From Ginglymostoma cirratum (Eukaryota), in assembly GCA_024137785.1 (NCBI GenBank), contig JAHRHZ010000051.1, forward strand, positions 7,727,219 through 7,791,218: a DNA stretch of 64,000 bases, given 5' to 3'. This document shows, piece by piece, positions 12,171 through 26,720 of this stretch (positions within the stretch are counted from its first letter, which is position 1; each line of letters starts with the position of its first letter). Under the pieces are notes generated by a model. That model searched no databases, was not told the origin of the DNA, and worked only from the letters and a program-made list of their open reading frames with translations. Made by a program: the position numbers and the translations under genes.

Positions 12171-12574
12171 TACCTTTGAACCCTTATAGATTTACCATTG
12201 TGCGTTTCTTTTTTTGTGTCTTTTTTTTCCTCACATTAAACTCCGGACATTTCCTCAACTATAAAAACCTGTAATTTAATTGTATTTGGCTGTCAGTTAC
12301 CATTCTTTCAAACACTTTTACAGGTTCAAATAGTATGTACAAAAATCTACAGAGGTGCATAACACCATGTTCCCAAACACAGCTCTGATACTCTTATTGA
12401 TGAATTTTACACAGAGGAGCTATGATTTTAAACTTAAGTCTTGATTTTATTTAAAAATAGGATTCTTTTACTTGGAAAGTTTCAATAACATTGACCTCAT
12501 GAACAGAAGGGACACTATGCATAGTGAAGGATTTTAAACTAGGTAAGTTGTATCGTGCTGTAGAGGATTTTCTG

Positions 12575-12785
12575 TTGGCATAGCATCAGATAGCATAGAA
12601 ACGGACAACTCTGTCCATCATGGCTCTGCTGGCTATCTGAAAGAGCTATCCATTCTTATGCTCTTTCCCTGGATCTCTTTATGTATAAATACAATTCTCC
12701 CTTTGAAAATTACTGCAAGACCTGCTCCCATCACCCTTTCAGGCACTGTATTAAATTGCTGAGTAAAAATGTTTTCCGATGTATC
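12575..12785 (-). mobile_element. CR1 3' fragment
   Basis: Resembles the reverse complement of CR1 tails seen elsewhere in the window. Confidence 0.45.
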
Positions 12786-13387
12786 ACTGGTTGAAGAATA
12801 TTGTATCACTTTTGTGCTTTCATTTTTCAAGGATGGAAGCAGGAAAAGTGTAATTAATGAGGTCACCTGTAGTATGAATGTGTGATTATTTCAACCTATT
12901 AGGAATTTACCCGTGATGTCCTGTAACCTTATTTTCTTCAATTTCATTAGGTATGAAAACAGTTTCTATAATAGGCATAAAATCTGCTCAGGGAGGAAGG
13001 TGGCAAGACGGAATGTAGTGCTCAGATGAAGTAGAGTTAAATAGGACGAGATAGTTGAAGTGGGACATACAGATTTAAAATTATAAAATGCATCTCTATA
13101 AAAGAGACTGAGAATCTAGGATGTGCAAAATTTGAATCATTACGATACTACTGTTGGGAGTGAATGATTGCACAATAACAAAGTAATACACATCAAAATG
13201 TTTCAACTTGTCTTGTATGCATCAAAATAGAGTTCTAGTATGTTCATTTCCGCATATTATTATTTACATGATTTTGTTTAGAAACAGACATTTTGTCAAC
13301 AGGAGTTGCAGACAGATGCAAGATTTTTAATAGATTAAAAATGTTTGCTTTGTCACCACACACTTCTCTAATTAAGCCAGAGTATTA

Positions 13388-13585
<198 letters not shown>

Positions 13586-15283
13586 TCACGTTTTGTCGGA
13601 GACTGGGCTGAACATTTATCATGCAACTCCCCAAAGCAATCACAGATGGCTTCCCGCAATCAAATTGATTTTTTCTATCCAATTATGTAAAACATGCAAC
13701 TTCCTATTTTTGCAAAATACAGCTTTTCAATTGCTATTAAAATCAGACATTTTGTGAACCAGATTTATGATTTACTTGGCATTGGGCAAAAATTCAATAA
13801 TGCAAAAACAGAATCACAAGGTAAGAAAAGAATGAAAATTTTGCATGTTAGCCCCGTGGTGAAATGCATTAATGATTAGAACACAGTTTGGTACAGCAAA
13901 ATTCAATTTGCAGCCCTGATTAATGTGAAAATTCAGATTTACTCTGACCAGAAAGTTGCAGATGTTAACTGTATTTGGATTAACCTCAGATGATCTGACA
14001 TGATACTGACCAGAGATGAGGCGGACACCAAGAGACAATTAACAAGCATTTCAACTCTGACCATATTCCAGGCATGGCAGTGCCTGCCAACAGGCCAAAG
14101 CAATGATTTTGAACTGTTCTGATGAGGGAGTTTTGTTCTAATTTTTTTTTAAAACTTGTTCAAGTTTGCTGTTTCTTACCTATTCCACCAGCTGGAAGTC
14201 ACAATGTGAAAAAAAGTGAGAAAATATAACCAAGTTATTTTTGATCCCCATCCGGAAATGCAAGCAAGTAGAATGGAATGATAAAAAATGGAGAATAATG
14301 AAAAACGAGATAATATTAATATGGACAATTAATAATTTTTGCAAGAAAGATATCTGCCCCATTTTAACCATAAAAATTCTGTAACCTAAATTGTGGTGCC
14401 TAAGATAATCTAACCATTTGTTTGCTACTAAGAGTGAAACAATCCTTTGACAGAAAGCCTATTCTTGGCTAATTATCCCAAAATTATGGTAGCGATAATA
14501 ATTTCAATTCTGCAAGAAATTAAAAACTGATAATCAAAGGGCAAACATAACTACAACAACTTGACTGCGACTCATTTTTGCACAGTGCATTTATGTTTTA
14601 TTACATGTATATCAAATAGCATTAAAAATGCCCATTTACTAGTCAAATATCACATATTTTGTACCGTATGACACACTTGAGATTTGGAGAACTATTAGGA
14701 GCCATTGATATCAACCAAGCCACAAGAAACAATAATTTTCACTTCTTGTAAACAAACTGGTAAATATATTGCATGTACAGTCAACATAAAGCCATCAACC
14801 CATAAATTTCACTGGGAAGTTCTCCCCGTTTCCTGCTGAAACTGAGCAAGAGACAAGGAGAAACACAAAGGAAATACAATGTAACCCTGGGCTGGATTTT
14901 ACAGCCACTCACTGGATGTATTTTTGGTGTGGTAGCTAGGGGCTGGGGCAGGTAAAATATGTCCACATAGTCAGCCCACCTCCTTCCATTCCACTCCTGA
15001 TCCATTCCCCACACAACAGAGTAATGGGAAAAGGTGCCAACTAGACCACCCACAATTAGGCCTATTGAGGCTTGTAGTTGTCCAATTAGTTGGTAATTAA
15101 GCTCCTCAATGCACCTCCACTGTCATAAACACACAAGCACTGTACAAATTTAAAAGCAGCAGGGATCCAACATAAAAATATGACAAAGAAGTATACAGTT
15201 TAAAGAGCTTTTAAGTATCTTTGAGGTATAAGGATTTAACCCGAGACCAAAGGTGCTAAGTTGATTTTCAAAACTATTAATAC

Positions 15284-17600
15284 GGTGTAATGAGAAGGGA
15301 ATCATTACCAATCTAGCTGTGCGAGACCCCTTGGGTCATGATGGACAGTGAGGTTGTTGATTCGGAGACTAGGGTGCTGAATCTTAATAAAGGAAAAAAT
15401 GAATATATGAGGGATGAGTTGGCCTTGATAGATTGGAGAGAGCTACTTAAAGGGATGTCAGTGGATAGACAATGGCAAACATTCAAGGAACACATGGGGG
15501 AACTGCAATAACTGTTTATTTCTGTCTGGCACAAAAACAAAATGGACAAGAGGGCCAATCCATGACTTACAAAGGAAATTAGAGATACATATCCGCTCTG
15601 AGGAAGAAGCATACAGATTGGTCAAGGAAAATAACATGTCCGAGGATTGTGAGCAGTTTGGAATTCAGCAAAGAAGGAACACGGGATTGATTAAGAAGGG
15701 GAAATACAGTACAAAAGTAAGCTTACAGGGAACATAATGACTGACACTAAGAGTTTCTATAGTTACGTGAGGGGAAAGAGATTGGCGAAGACAAATGTAG
15801 GTCTTCTACAGACAGAAACAGCGGAGTGCATAATAGGGGACAAAGAAAAAGTTGAGCAATTGAATATATACTTCAGTTCTGTCTTCACAAAAGAGGACAT
15901 AAATCAGATACCAGAAATGTTGGAGAATGCAGAATGTAGTGAGAGGGAAGAACTGGGGGAGATCAATATTAATAGAGAAATGCCATTGGGAAAACTGACG
16001 CAATTGAAGGTGGATAAATCCCAAGGGCCTGATAATGTACAATCCAGAGTACTTAAGGAAGTGGCTCTAGAAATAGTGGATGCATTGGTGGTCATCTTCT
16101 AGGATTCTGTAGATTCTGGAACAGTCCCTGCAGATTGGAGGAGAGCTAATGTCACTCCAATATTTAAAAAGGGAGGTAATGAGAAAACAGGGGATTATAG
16201 GCCAGTAAGCCTAACATCAGTAATGGGAAATTTCTCGAATCCATTACCAAGGACTTTATAGCAGAGCACTTAGAAAGCAGTGGCAGGATCAGACTGAGTC
16301 AAACATCGATTTATGAAGGAGAAATCATGCTTGATGAATCTGTTGGAATTCTATGAAGATGTAACGAGTAGATTTGACAAGGGGGAGCCAGTTGTTGTGA
16401 TATATTTGGGTTTTCAGAAAATGTTTGACAAAGTCCCGCACAAGAAATTATTGTGCAAGATTAAAGTGCATGGGATTGGGGAAAGTGTATTGAGATGGAT
16501 AGAAAACAGGTTGGCAGAGAGGAAACAAAGAGTAGGAATTAATGGATCCTCTACAAATTGGCAGGCAGTAACTAGTGGGGTGCCACAAGGATCGGTGCTG
16601 GGACCCCAGCTATTTATAATATATATTAATGATTTGGATGAGGGAACAAAATGTAACATCTCCAAGTTTGCAGATAATACTAAGTTGGGTGGGAGGGTGA
16701 ACTGTGATGAGGATGCAGAGATCCTTCAGCATGATCTGGGCAGGTTGGGTGAGTGGGCAAATCAATGGCAGATGCAGTATAATTTGGATAAATGTGAGAT
16801 TATTCACTTTGGAAGCAAAAACAAGGTGGCAGATAGCTACCTGAATGGCTGTAAATTGGGAGAGGGGAGTGTGCAGAGGGACCTGGGTGTCCTTGAGCAC
16901 CAGTCGCTGAAAGTAAGCACGCAGGTGCATATGCGGTAAAGAAGGCAAATGGTATGTTGGTCTTCATTGTGAGAGGTTGCGAGTACAGGAGCAGGGATGT
17001 GCTGTAGCAGTTATACAGTGCCTTGGTGAGGCCACACCTAGAATATTGTGTGCAGTTTTGGTCTCCTTTTCTGAGGAAGGATGCTCTTGCTCTCAAGGGA
17101 GCGCAGCAAAGGTTTACCAGGCTGATTCCATGGATGGCAGGTCTGACCTATGAGGAGAGGTTGACTAGGTTGGGATTGTTTTCACTGGAGTTCAGATGAA
17201 TGAGGAAGGATCTCATACAGACTTATAAAATTCTAACAGGACTCTTATAAGGGTAGGTGCAGGGAGGATGTTGCCAATGGTGGGTGTATCCAGAACCAGG
17301 GGTCACAGTTGGAGGATTTGGGATAGACCATTTAGGACAGAGATGAGGAGACATTTCTTCACCCAAAGAGTGGTGAGCCTGTGGAATTCATTACCACAGG
17401 AAGTAGTTGATGCCAAAAACATTGAATGTATTCAAGAAGCAGCTAGATGTAGCACTTAGGGCGAATAGGATCAAAGGTTATGGGGAGAAAGCAGGATTAG
17501 GCCATTAAGTTGGACAATCAGCCAGGATTGTGATGAATGGTGGAGCAGGCTCGAAAGGCCAAATAGACTCCTCCTGCTCCTATCTTCTATGTTTCTATGT
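15284..17600 (+). mobile_element. 5'-truncated CR1 LINE (ORF2: end of endonuclease, RT, 3' tail), inactivated
   Basis: KSFYSYVRGKR, KSQGPDNVQSRVLKE, KSCLMNLLEFYEDVT, YLGFQKMFDKVPH, GVPQGSVLGP, SKFADNTK (catalytic Asp positions altered), stops and frameshifts; ttctatgtttctatg tail. Confidence 0.95.
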
Positions 17601-19191
17601 CAGAGTATATCACAGTTATCTTTCAATTCTATGTCTTCTTTCTAGTCAGTTTTGTTTTCGGGTTTTGCTTCACAAGGGGCAGAGAGAGGGAGTAAGAGGT
17701 CAAGACATTTTCCAGCCTGTTTCATTCCTGTCATCTGAAATCCATATCCTTAGTCTTTTTCCTAAAACAAACTCCTTGAAACGCAAGGTGGTTGTACATC
17801 CTGGATGCTGCAGTTTTTGTTTTTCAAGCTTAATAAGTGTAGGTGATGTTTTCATTTTTCACAATGTGAAGACGCTCATGATGGTGTAAATTAGATAGAA
17901 GATGAGGAGCTTGTCACACTATCAATGGGATAGGGTGGTGCTGCCTTTAGATAAATGACAATTTCCAGTCAGACTGTTTAATTGGTTTCATGAAACGTAA
18001 TCAACTTGTATGGGTTATTTAATGTCTGTGCCCATTTTAAATCAGTGTTTTTCGTTTATTTTTAAAGTCACTGCAGTCTGTCAAAGTCCTAGGTATTAAA
18101 TTCTATGATGGAATTTGAAAATTACTTGTCAATATTTTATATCACTGTGACAGGAAAGAAACAACCAACCTTATTTGTGAATCAAGATCCGGCAATGTGA
18201 TTGACTATTAATTGCTTTCTCAAATGGCCCAGCAAGCCATTCATTTCAAGGACAATTTGGGTTGAGCATCAAAAGCTGTCTTGCCAGCAGTCTCAACATA
18301 CCTTTAAAGAATATTTCCTAAAAATTACAAATCAGCAGCAAGAAGGCCAACACACAAAGAAGGTTTTTAAAAAGCATATATTTGAAAAGGAGGGAGGGCA
18401 CATCAAGAGGGAATAGGCACCCGTAAAAATGTCACCACCCTTGGTCTCGAAAATCCACATCCCATGCCCCTTTTCCCCCTCCCAAGAGTGCCTGGTCCCT
18501 TACCACCCTAAAAAAGAGAGGATTTGCTTCACTTCTATTCCTACTGCTCTTCAGGAGGCTGCTTACAGGCCTGGCATTACCCAGTCCTGACCTTGAACGC
18601 TGCTGGGATTGTCAGAGCTCCTGGCCAATCAGATTGACCAGGACCTCACAGACCAGGCCTCCCTGTGAGGTGAAGGTCTGAACCTCTGCCTGTTTATGCT
18701 GCTTCTGGTGTGTTATTGCTGGTAAAATAGAGCTCAATTCTGATGACAACTCATACTGGACTCGAAACATTAATTCTGCATTTCACTCTCCAAAGGTGTT
18801 GCTGGACCTGCTGAGTTTCTCCAGCTTTCTCTGTGTTTGTTTCAAGATTTCTATCATTGACCACATTTTGCCTTTGTCCATTTGATACCGACCTTTCTGC
18901 TAAGGATAGCGAGTAGCATGCCCTGCCTTCCCACTACCCCTGTAAAAATTGGAGAGACATATCCCACCATGTGTTTCAGAGTCAGCGCTTCAGTATTGAC
19001 TGGAGTGAGAGAGGACACCTGCAGAATTTCAGTGCTGCCATTATCAATCCAATGGCTTAAATGACCTGTCCAATTAGACATGCAGAGCATTAAAATCCCG
19101 GGTTCATTGGCTGGTGTCTGCTGAGAGAATGGAAGTTTGCTGTGACAAATGACAATCGGACTCTCTTCTTGTGGCAAAGTTTATTCCCTCT

Positions 19192-19780
19192 TGTAAGAGT
19201 GGCCTTCTCAGAGACAGTAACGACTCAGAGGAGGAGGAGTTGATTTAACTGAATCAAGCGATTTATTACAAGCAATTACCCGTAAATGCAGGGAGAGAAG
19301 TTCTGGGTAGACATGCAGGAATACAGAACTTGGATTCATGAGCACAAGTTACAGATTTTCATACACGGAAATAAACAACTTGTCTAGCAATCATCAGCAC
19401 TCCGCCACCCCCACCGTCCGCCCCGCACCACAACCCCCACCCCCCCGGCTTTCTAGTGCGGTCACTCTCTAGGGCACATCATATGCTCTCATTGTAGTTT
19501 GATAAATCAATCAGTGTTTGATCATTTAATCAGCTATCTACTTTGTCAGCTATTCCTGTCCTATTACCCTGTCTAATCTTGTCAGCCAGCTATCTAATGG
19601 TCAGGGTGCATGGTCCTGTGGTCTAACTGAAATGTCACAGCGGTGTCAGCCATTCAATATAGTCAGTAGGCCATACTGTTCCACCCAAATAAGCCTTCAG
19701 GAAGCATTTTCAGTCAACTGTTTCATATCTATTCTACTACCATGTGTGTGAGTATGACAGAGTCTTCCTTTTCACCACTA
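19192..19780 (-). mobile_element. Possible solo LTR
   Basis: Begins tgtaag, has a minus-strand AATAAA (tttatt ~19262) and internal short repeats; far end and TSD not defined. Confidence 0.3.
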
Positions 19781-20049
19781 CTGCACTCCATCTAGTTCAC
19801 CATGTTGAACTTGTGTACATTAACACTGGGTAACAACAGGATGTCATGCCATCATGAATAGAACAGACTGATGCTATTCACGTCAATACCAGCAGCTATG
19901 CTAAATACATGGAACTTAAATTCAGCAACAGGAATAAACTGGCCAGAAATATAACACCAAGAAAACAAGAGAAGGCTTGGGTTTGCAAAGCACTTAACAG
20001 AATGTCTGGATATCTCAAAAATGGTTTACAGCCAATAAAGGAATTTGAA

Positions 20050-20403
20050 GTGTTATCGTGCAGGAAATACAGCAGTTAATCAGTGTATAGCAAGCTCCCT
20101 TTGACAATAATGACAATGATGTTTAATTTTTTTGTAACATTAAATGAGGGGGTAGATACTAGCAAGGACACCAGCCATAACTCCCCAGATCTTGTTATGA
20201 ATAGTCATGGGATTTTTCACCTCCACCTGAGCAGACACATGAGGCCACAGTTTCAAGTCTCATTCAAAAGATGGTGCCAGAAATAGTGTAACGCTACCAC
20301 ATTCCTGCAATGGAGCGTTTCAATTTTAACGTGCAGTGGAACTCAAAGCAGGAACCTTGTGACTCAGAATTAAGAGTGTTACCCACTGAGCCACAACTGA
20401 CAC
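20050..20403 (-). mobile_element. Deu-domain SINE
   Basis: Minus strand begins gtgtcagttgtggctcagtgggtaacactctt (tRNA A-box-like); core atgggatttttcacctccacctgagcag. Confidence 0.65.
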
Positions 20404-23400
20404 ATCAAATATGACAAGTCAAATCTCCCCTATCCATATACCAGGCAAATTATCTGGCATGAAGCAAGCTAGCTATTATGTTAATACAACAGAGAAATGC
20501 AGGAATTGGAACCAAGAGTAAAAAAATCCACAGATAAAGTACCTCCTCCACATTTTCCAAATTTTATTTTGAAATAGTCATCAGTTTTCTGTCACCGAGG
20601 GAAATAGTGTTTCATCAGAGATGTAATGTAACTGGATTTTACTGCCAAGAAGATTTCGAAAAGAATGATAATAAAACTGTTTTGTTTTTAAACACTGTAT
20701 TGATTGCAAGATGGTTCTGAGCAGTTGGATTCCTAAGAAGTCTCTCACCATGCATTACTCTCTGCTGAGAGAATTTGGCACTGCTGAGGTGCTTGGGACT
20801 TGAGGAACAGCCTCCATTTTAAGGTGCCTTAGAGAGGTAGGTGAAGTGACAGGGGAATAGTTTGCTCATCAGGGTTTGGGTCAGTGGTCTTCCCTGTCCA
20901 GATGTTCCTCTTTGGGGCATGATGCCACCAGTGGCCACGCAAAGGCCATCTCCATGTCGCCAAAGGGTGTCACTTCTGGGAAAAAGGCCCCTTAAGTGCT
21001 TAAATTGGCTGCCTGCATCCAGCCTGCCGTTGAGAAACTTCCTAGGTGGGCACAGTACATTGGGAAGCTACCTTGTATGGCCTCCCTTCCATTTTGCTTA
21101 CTGTGCCCACCTTAACTCCAAGCCTGGTACCCTACGGCCAGGAGAAACCTACTCATCATCTCCTTATTTGGCCGGGTGCCGTATTTTGTTTTGCAATGCT
21201 CCTGTGAAGCACCTTGGGTTGTTTATTGCACTGATGGCACCCTAAAACTACAAGTTTTACTTTAATAGAAAATGTAAACTGATATTCGCATCTAAGATGG
21301 ATATTACATGAAGGAACAAGGCCAGCCTTTGAGTGTGGCATAGTACCAACAATCCTACTATTCCCAATCTGGGTAAAGAAAGTCAGACTATTATGTACAA
21401 AGACAGCCTACGCAATAGTTACATCTAGCCACACGTAGTCTTCAACACAAGAATGTTGTATAATGTTGCAGCAACTGACTTTCAGAGTAAACAATACTAA
21501 AAAAAAATTTAATGGATATCAGCATAAAGAATAATAAAAGGCACTTCATCACCCTAAGCCCTCAGCAATTCTTGTTCAAATTTACTTCAAATTAAATGGC
21601 CGTAAAGGGTGAGGATATGTCTGGATTCTAGTGGATGATGTGTCCTTTGTAATTTCTAAAGATAACTAGTATAGGTCTCTATTTAGTGCAACCTAGCCCA
21701 AGGGAGCAGTTCTTACTCAGAATGCTAGCTCTGTGTTCTTCTTCTGTCAGCCTTGTTTTTACTCTGTGTTGTGCTTTTGAGTTAGAAGCTGCTGTCAAAC
21801 ATTCAGATTCACAGGATAACCACTGGCTGGGGATACATTGAATTGTATCAGTTCAGATGATAGAAATTCATTAGAAAAATGCCTCGGGAAGAATTCACAC
21901 ACTAAGGTTTGGAACGTCTTCTCTATTTGGCATCTTTAACAGCTCATTTCAAGACGTTCACCTCCTTCGGGGCAGCTGTGATATTAATTGGCAGTTCTAC
22001 TGAGAAGAACAGGAGCCAGTGTGATCACACAGCAATTCCCCTGTCCAGAGGCAGGGCAAAGGAAACAAGTAAACACAGGCTTTAGCTCAATTCCCACGAA
22101 TGCCATCAAGTGAGCTAAGGAGTAAGCACGCTTTCCTTGACAAAACTGCCCTGAGCTCAGCTAGTTGCCCATGTTTAGAAAGTGTAGTGCAAGAAAAGTG
22201 GATGTTTTAAGTATACTTTAACTTTACCACTATCTTGCACAATCAAATTTCTCTACCCCTCCCCCCACCCAACTTCGTTCCTAATTGGTTTCATGTTCTC
22301 CTGAACCACTCCTTCTTGTATGTTTATAATACTTGAGACTAAAGTTGAGAAAGAGTAAGGAAATCTATATTACACGAAAAACTTAATTAGAGTCAATATC
22401 ATGTTGCAATAATAATCTAAGAATGCAATTAATAAAACTAAACTTGAATGTAGAATGTAGAATGTACTGCAAAAGTCATGTCCTAGGGCTGAGTGACTGA
22501 CATCTTCCTTTGTGACAGGTATGACTCCAACAAGCAGACAGTTTTTCCCAATTCCCATTGATTCCAGATTCATGAGGATTCTTTGGCGCTACACTAGGTC
22601 AAGTGTGGCCTTGATGGTCAAATACAGTCACTCCCACCTCACCTTTGGAATTATTCTACCCATATTTGGGCCAGGGCCAAATTTGTAATAAGGTCAGCAT
22701 CTGAGTGGCCCTGGCAGAACGCAAACTAATTGCCAAACTTTCCCATTTTTTCGGCTAATTATTATTGTCGAGGTGTTTCTCAGAGGATCTCAGGTCTTGG
22801 CTTGTGGTGACTCTTCTCATACAGTTTCCACTACTCACCTCATTAAATGTGTGTTCCGGCTCCATGGCGCCCTTATTGTGCAACTGTACAGTCAGCCAAT
22901 GCAGACTTATTCAGCACAGCCCAGGCCTTGTGCCATTCACACGACTGACACTGTATTTAAAGGCCAGATGTGTATCAGTCCAAATGCTGCCAGCTGGGAA
23001 CTACCCTAGCTACATTACTCTTGTCCATCCTTCTGTCACTACTTCAGAATAGTAATTTATTGTCTTTTGTATGTTTTAATAAAATGTACAGTGAGAAATG
23101 TTTAAAAGTGACCATACTCTGGCACCATTTTAATAATTTCAAAAGTATTTATTAAGATTTGTCAAACATCATTTTCATTTCTCAAATTTGCGCAGATTAT
23201 TCTTTATTGTAATTTAAGTCTTTGGATCTTATTACGTTATATTTTTGAGCAAAGATTCCATTATTTTGCCGAGCAATAATATCATGGTAATGGAATGACT
23301 AGAGGAAATGCCAAGATGACCACCGGTTCTGAGTGTTTTGTGCATATGCATGTCTGGTATATGTGACATTTTCTGGACCTCCACTGCACACTGGGAAAAT

Positions 23401-23494
23401 TATCGCATAAACACAATATGCATGTGCATATACAAGAATGACATTGTTGCATTCTGATATAATGATGGCTTCCACCCCTACAGTATGCCAAAAC

Positions 23495-23514
23495 ATGATG
23501 ATGATGATGATGAT
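23495..23514. repeat. (ATG)n microsatellite
   Basis: atgatgatgatgatgatgat. Confidence 0.9.
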
Positions 23515-24786
23515 TTGAGGAGGCATAGAATGCAATGGTAATCGGGGTGGGGATGGGGGGGCTTAAGAATGGAATGGAAGATGAGCAGTGAAAATTGGGG
23601 ACATCTAGATGACATTGGGAGCTCTTCGTCCTATTGCAGAATCAAGCAGACCTTCGAACTGTCCCACTTCCTTAGCACAGTCTTCACTCACTCTATTGGT
23701 AGCTCACAACATGAACTGCAAACGGAATGTGTGAAAGGACAAAAATCCTTCGTAAAGTCACACTTGGGTCAGGTGCATGTTCTACGAGTCTCGAAAGTCC
23801 ACAAGTTGGTTTTCTTGAGTCCAATCGAAATTTTGGCCTCTTGGCCTTGTTTGTAGAGACATTCAAGAGACCAGGGTACAATTACAATTTTAAAGGTAAT
23901 TATAATAAATCTAACTACAGTGAAAAAGCATGTTGTACTACCAGACAGAAAATTAAAAACCTGAATAAGGTATTTCAGATATTTCTCTCACATCTTCGAG
24001 AGGAAAATAAAGCAAATCATATTCAGCTGGTTAAAATGGTGAATGTGCTCTTTAAAATGTGACATTATTATAAAATGGGAGTCCTGAAGTAAAAGGGAAG
24101 CAAAGTCAATATCACCGATCAGAATCCTTATTAGAGTTTTAGTTTATCCAAAACCACCAGGAGCTGGGATAAATAAATGAAGGGATTACACTTTCCCCAT
24201 GCTCATTTCCTGAAATTTAAACTAATATCAGGTCTGAGTCAATTCTCACCAATGACGATAACTGAGGGAGGCAGTGGTTTGAGGAACTGTGGATTTCCCC
24301 ACATGGTGAATGTGTCCAAAATGGTGAATTCTCATTCACAGTGCATCATCAAGGAAAAAGTGCAGGTCGGAGGTCAATTCTTTTGCCAGAATAAACCATT
24401 ATAGATTACTTCTTCTGCATATCCTTAGGGGTGATCACAGAGCAGTACCAGATAAGGCCTAAAATCAGATACAAAACTACTATAATATTTCACTTGCCTC
24501 TCATATGTTTGTGCTGCCAGGTACTACAAGCTAAGTAATTTCTAAAGCATAGCCAGTTATAAAACTAACGGAAGCGCATCAAGGTGGTGAATTTTCAAAC
24601 ATTAAGGTGTGTAGAAACTTATTCAGGCAACATTTTCATTCAATCAGCAGTCTATGATCACACGAGAAACATAATTGGGATTTTTAAAAATACTCTTCAC
24701 TTACATCCTCATATTCAAGAGGTTATTAACTACATTTAGCACTTCCTCTGATGGTTTAAAATAAATTGTTTTTATCTTTCACAATA

Positions 24787-26720
24787 TCACAGAATCACGG
24801 AATTATGAAAGTGTAAAACAAGCTCATTCAGCCCATGACATCTACACCAGTTCTCTGCAAAAACTTTAAGCATTATTGTTATTCTCCTGTTTTTTTTTCC
24901 GTAAGCTTGCACGTTGTTTCTATTTAAATAATCATTCAACGGTCTTTCAAATACGTCAACTGAACCTCCTTCCACCACACTTGCAGGCAGATCATTACTT
25001 TATAAAACACTTGAAATCCATGCCCTTTTGTTCTTCATCTATTTATGAAAAGGAAGTTTCTCCCTATCTACTCTATCCAGCCCGTTCATGATTTTGAAAA
25101 CTTCTATCAAATTTCCTCTTAGCCATTCCTTCTTCAAGGAAAATAGTTCCAACTTCTTTGATCTATCTTCATAAATGAAGTTTCTCATCCCTGGAACTAT
25201 TTTTCAAAAATCTCTTCTGCATCTGAAATTCAGAACCCAGAACTGTCCACAATATTCTAACAAAGGTCTGACTAGTGACTTATAAAAGTTCACCATGATC
25301 TTCCTGCTCCTGTATGCTATGTTCTTATTAATGAAGGCCAGGATACTGTATGTTTCATTAACTGCTCTCAACCTGTTCTGCCACTTTTAATGATTAATGC
25401 ACTTTTACACCCAGGTCCCTCTGCTCCTGCACATCCTGTTGAACAGTACCCTTTAATTTACACTGTCCTCCAGTGTTATTTCTACCAAAATGTATCACCT
25501 CACACTTCTCTGTATTGAACTTCATCTACCTGCTCACTAGGCCAACTCATCAGTTAGTCTTCTTCACACCAAGGTGGTGATCATTAGTGTCTATCAGGAA
25601 AAGCAAGAGTTCCAATGCTAAATACTGGTGAACACCAATACGAACTTTCCTCCAATCTGAAAAATATCTACGGACCATTACTCTTTATTACCTACACCTC
25701 ATCCAATTTTGTATCCACATTGCTGCTGACCCTTTATTACATCACCTCTTTCCTCAGAAATTTGTTGTGTGGCACTGCATCAAACATTTTTTGGAAGTCC
25801 ATGTACACCGTATCAACAGCATTACGCTCATCAATGCCTCTCAGCAAAAGCGTCCCAGTAAGCTAATAAAATTATGTTTAATCTTAAAAATATCCATGCT
25901 GGTCCTCCTTAACTGATCCATATTTGTCCATTCAACAATGAATTCTATTCCAAATTATTGTTTCCAGAAGTTCTTCCTACCATTGAAGTTAAACTGTCTG
26001 GTCTATAATTTCTGGGCTTAACTTTGCAACCTTTATTGAACAAGGGTGTAATGTTTGCAATTTTCCAGCACCAGTATCACTCGTGAATCTAAGGAAAATA
26101 GAAAAATTATGGCCAGTACTTTGCAACATCTTTTCTCACTTCCTTCAGTGTCCTTGGACGTATCTTGTTTCGTGCCAGTGCTTTGTTGGCTTTTGGGTAT
26201 CAACAGCCCATCCAATACCTTTTTTAAATCAAATTTGAAACTTTCTGATCACTTCTGGTTACCACAGCCTGCTTCCACTGTAAAGTTTTCATTTAATACC
26301 TCACTCATTCCCCCTCATTCCAGGCACAAGTCCCCTTTGTGGTCTCTGATAAGCCGTGCTCCTCCTTTATCCGTCTTTTTACAATTTACGTGCCTACAGT
26401 TGACTTTAGGATTCTCTCTTATTTATTCTACTATGTTTATTCAGATACCTGCACTTAACCCTGGTTTAGAATGTTTTAATTTCTCCTTTACTCCAACTCC
26501 ACCTACTAACTTACCATTCCCTATTCCAACACAATCTGTGTCCACCAGTATTTGTGCGCCACAGTGGGTTTAGGCGTAGCTTGAGGTCTGAAACCCAAAG
26601 CTCACAAAATGCACATGTGCTTATCTTATGGGAAGTGTCCACAACTCCTGAAATGTGACAGGAGTTCGACATGACCAAGCTGTCCTGCCATTCCTTAAGT
26701 TTATGTTTGGATTACTTACT
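24787..26720 (-). mobile_element. Internally deleted CR1 with ORF2 RT/3' tail and ORF1 N-terminus
   Basis: Minus strand shows VDTVYMDFQKMFDAVPHNK and NYRPDSLTS; an ORF1-like start MAGQLGH.. at ~26692; CR1 tail at ~24790. Confidence 0.85.

Noticed and set aside
16313-16939. 208-aa ORF as a functional gene
   Set aside because: It is a CR1 RT fragment with altered catalytic motifs (YLGF, FADN), flanked by frameshifts and stops.
26055-26573. 172-aa plus-strand ORF
   Set aside because: Antisense to a decayed CR1 ORF2; no independent coding signal.
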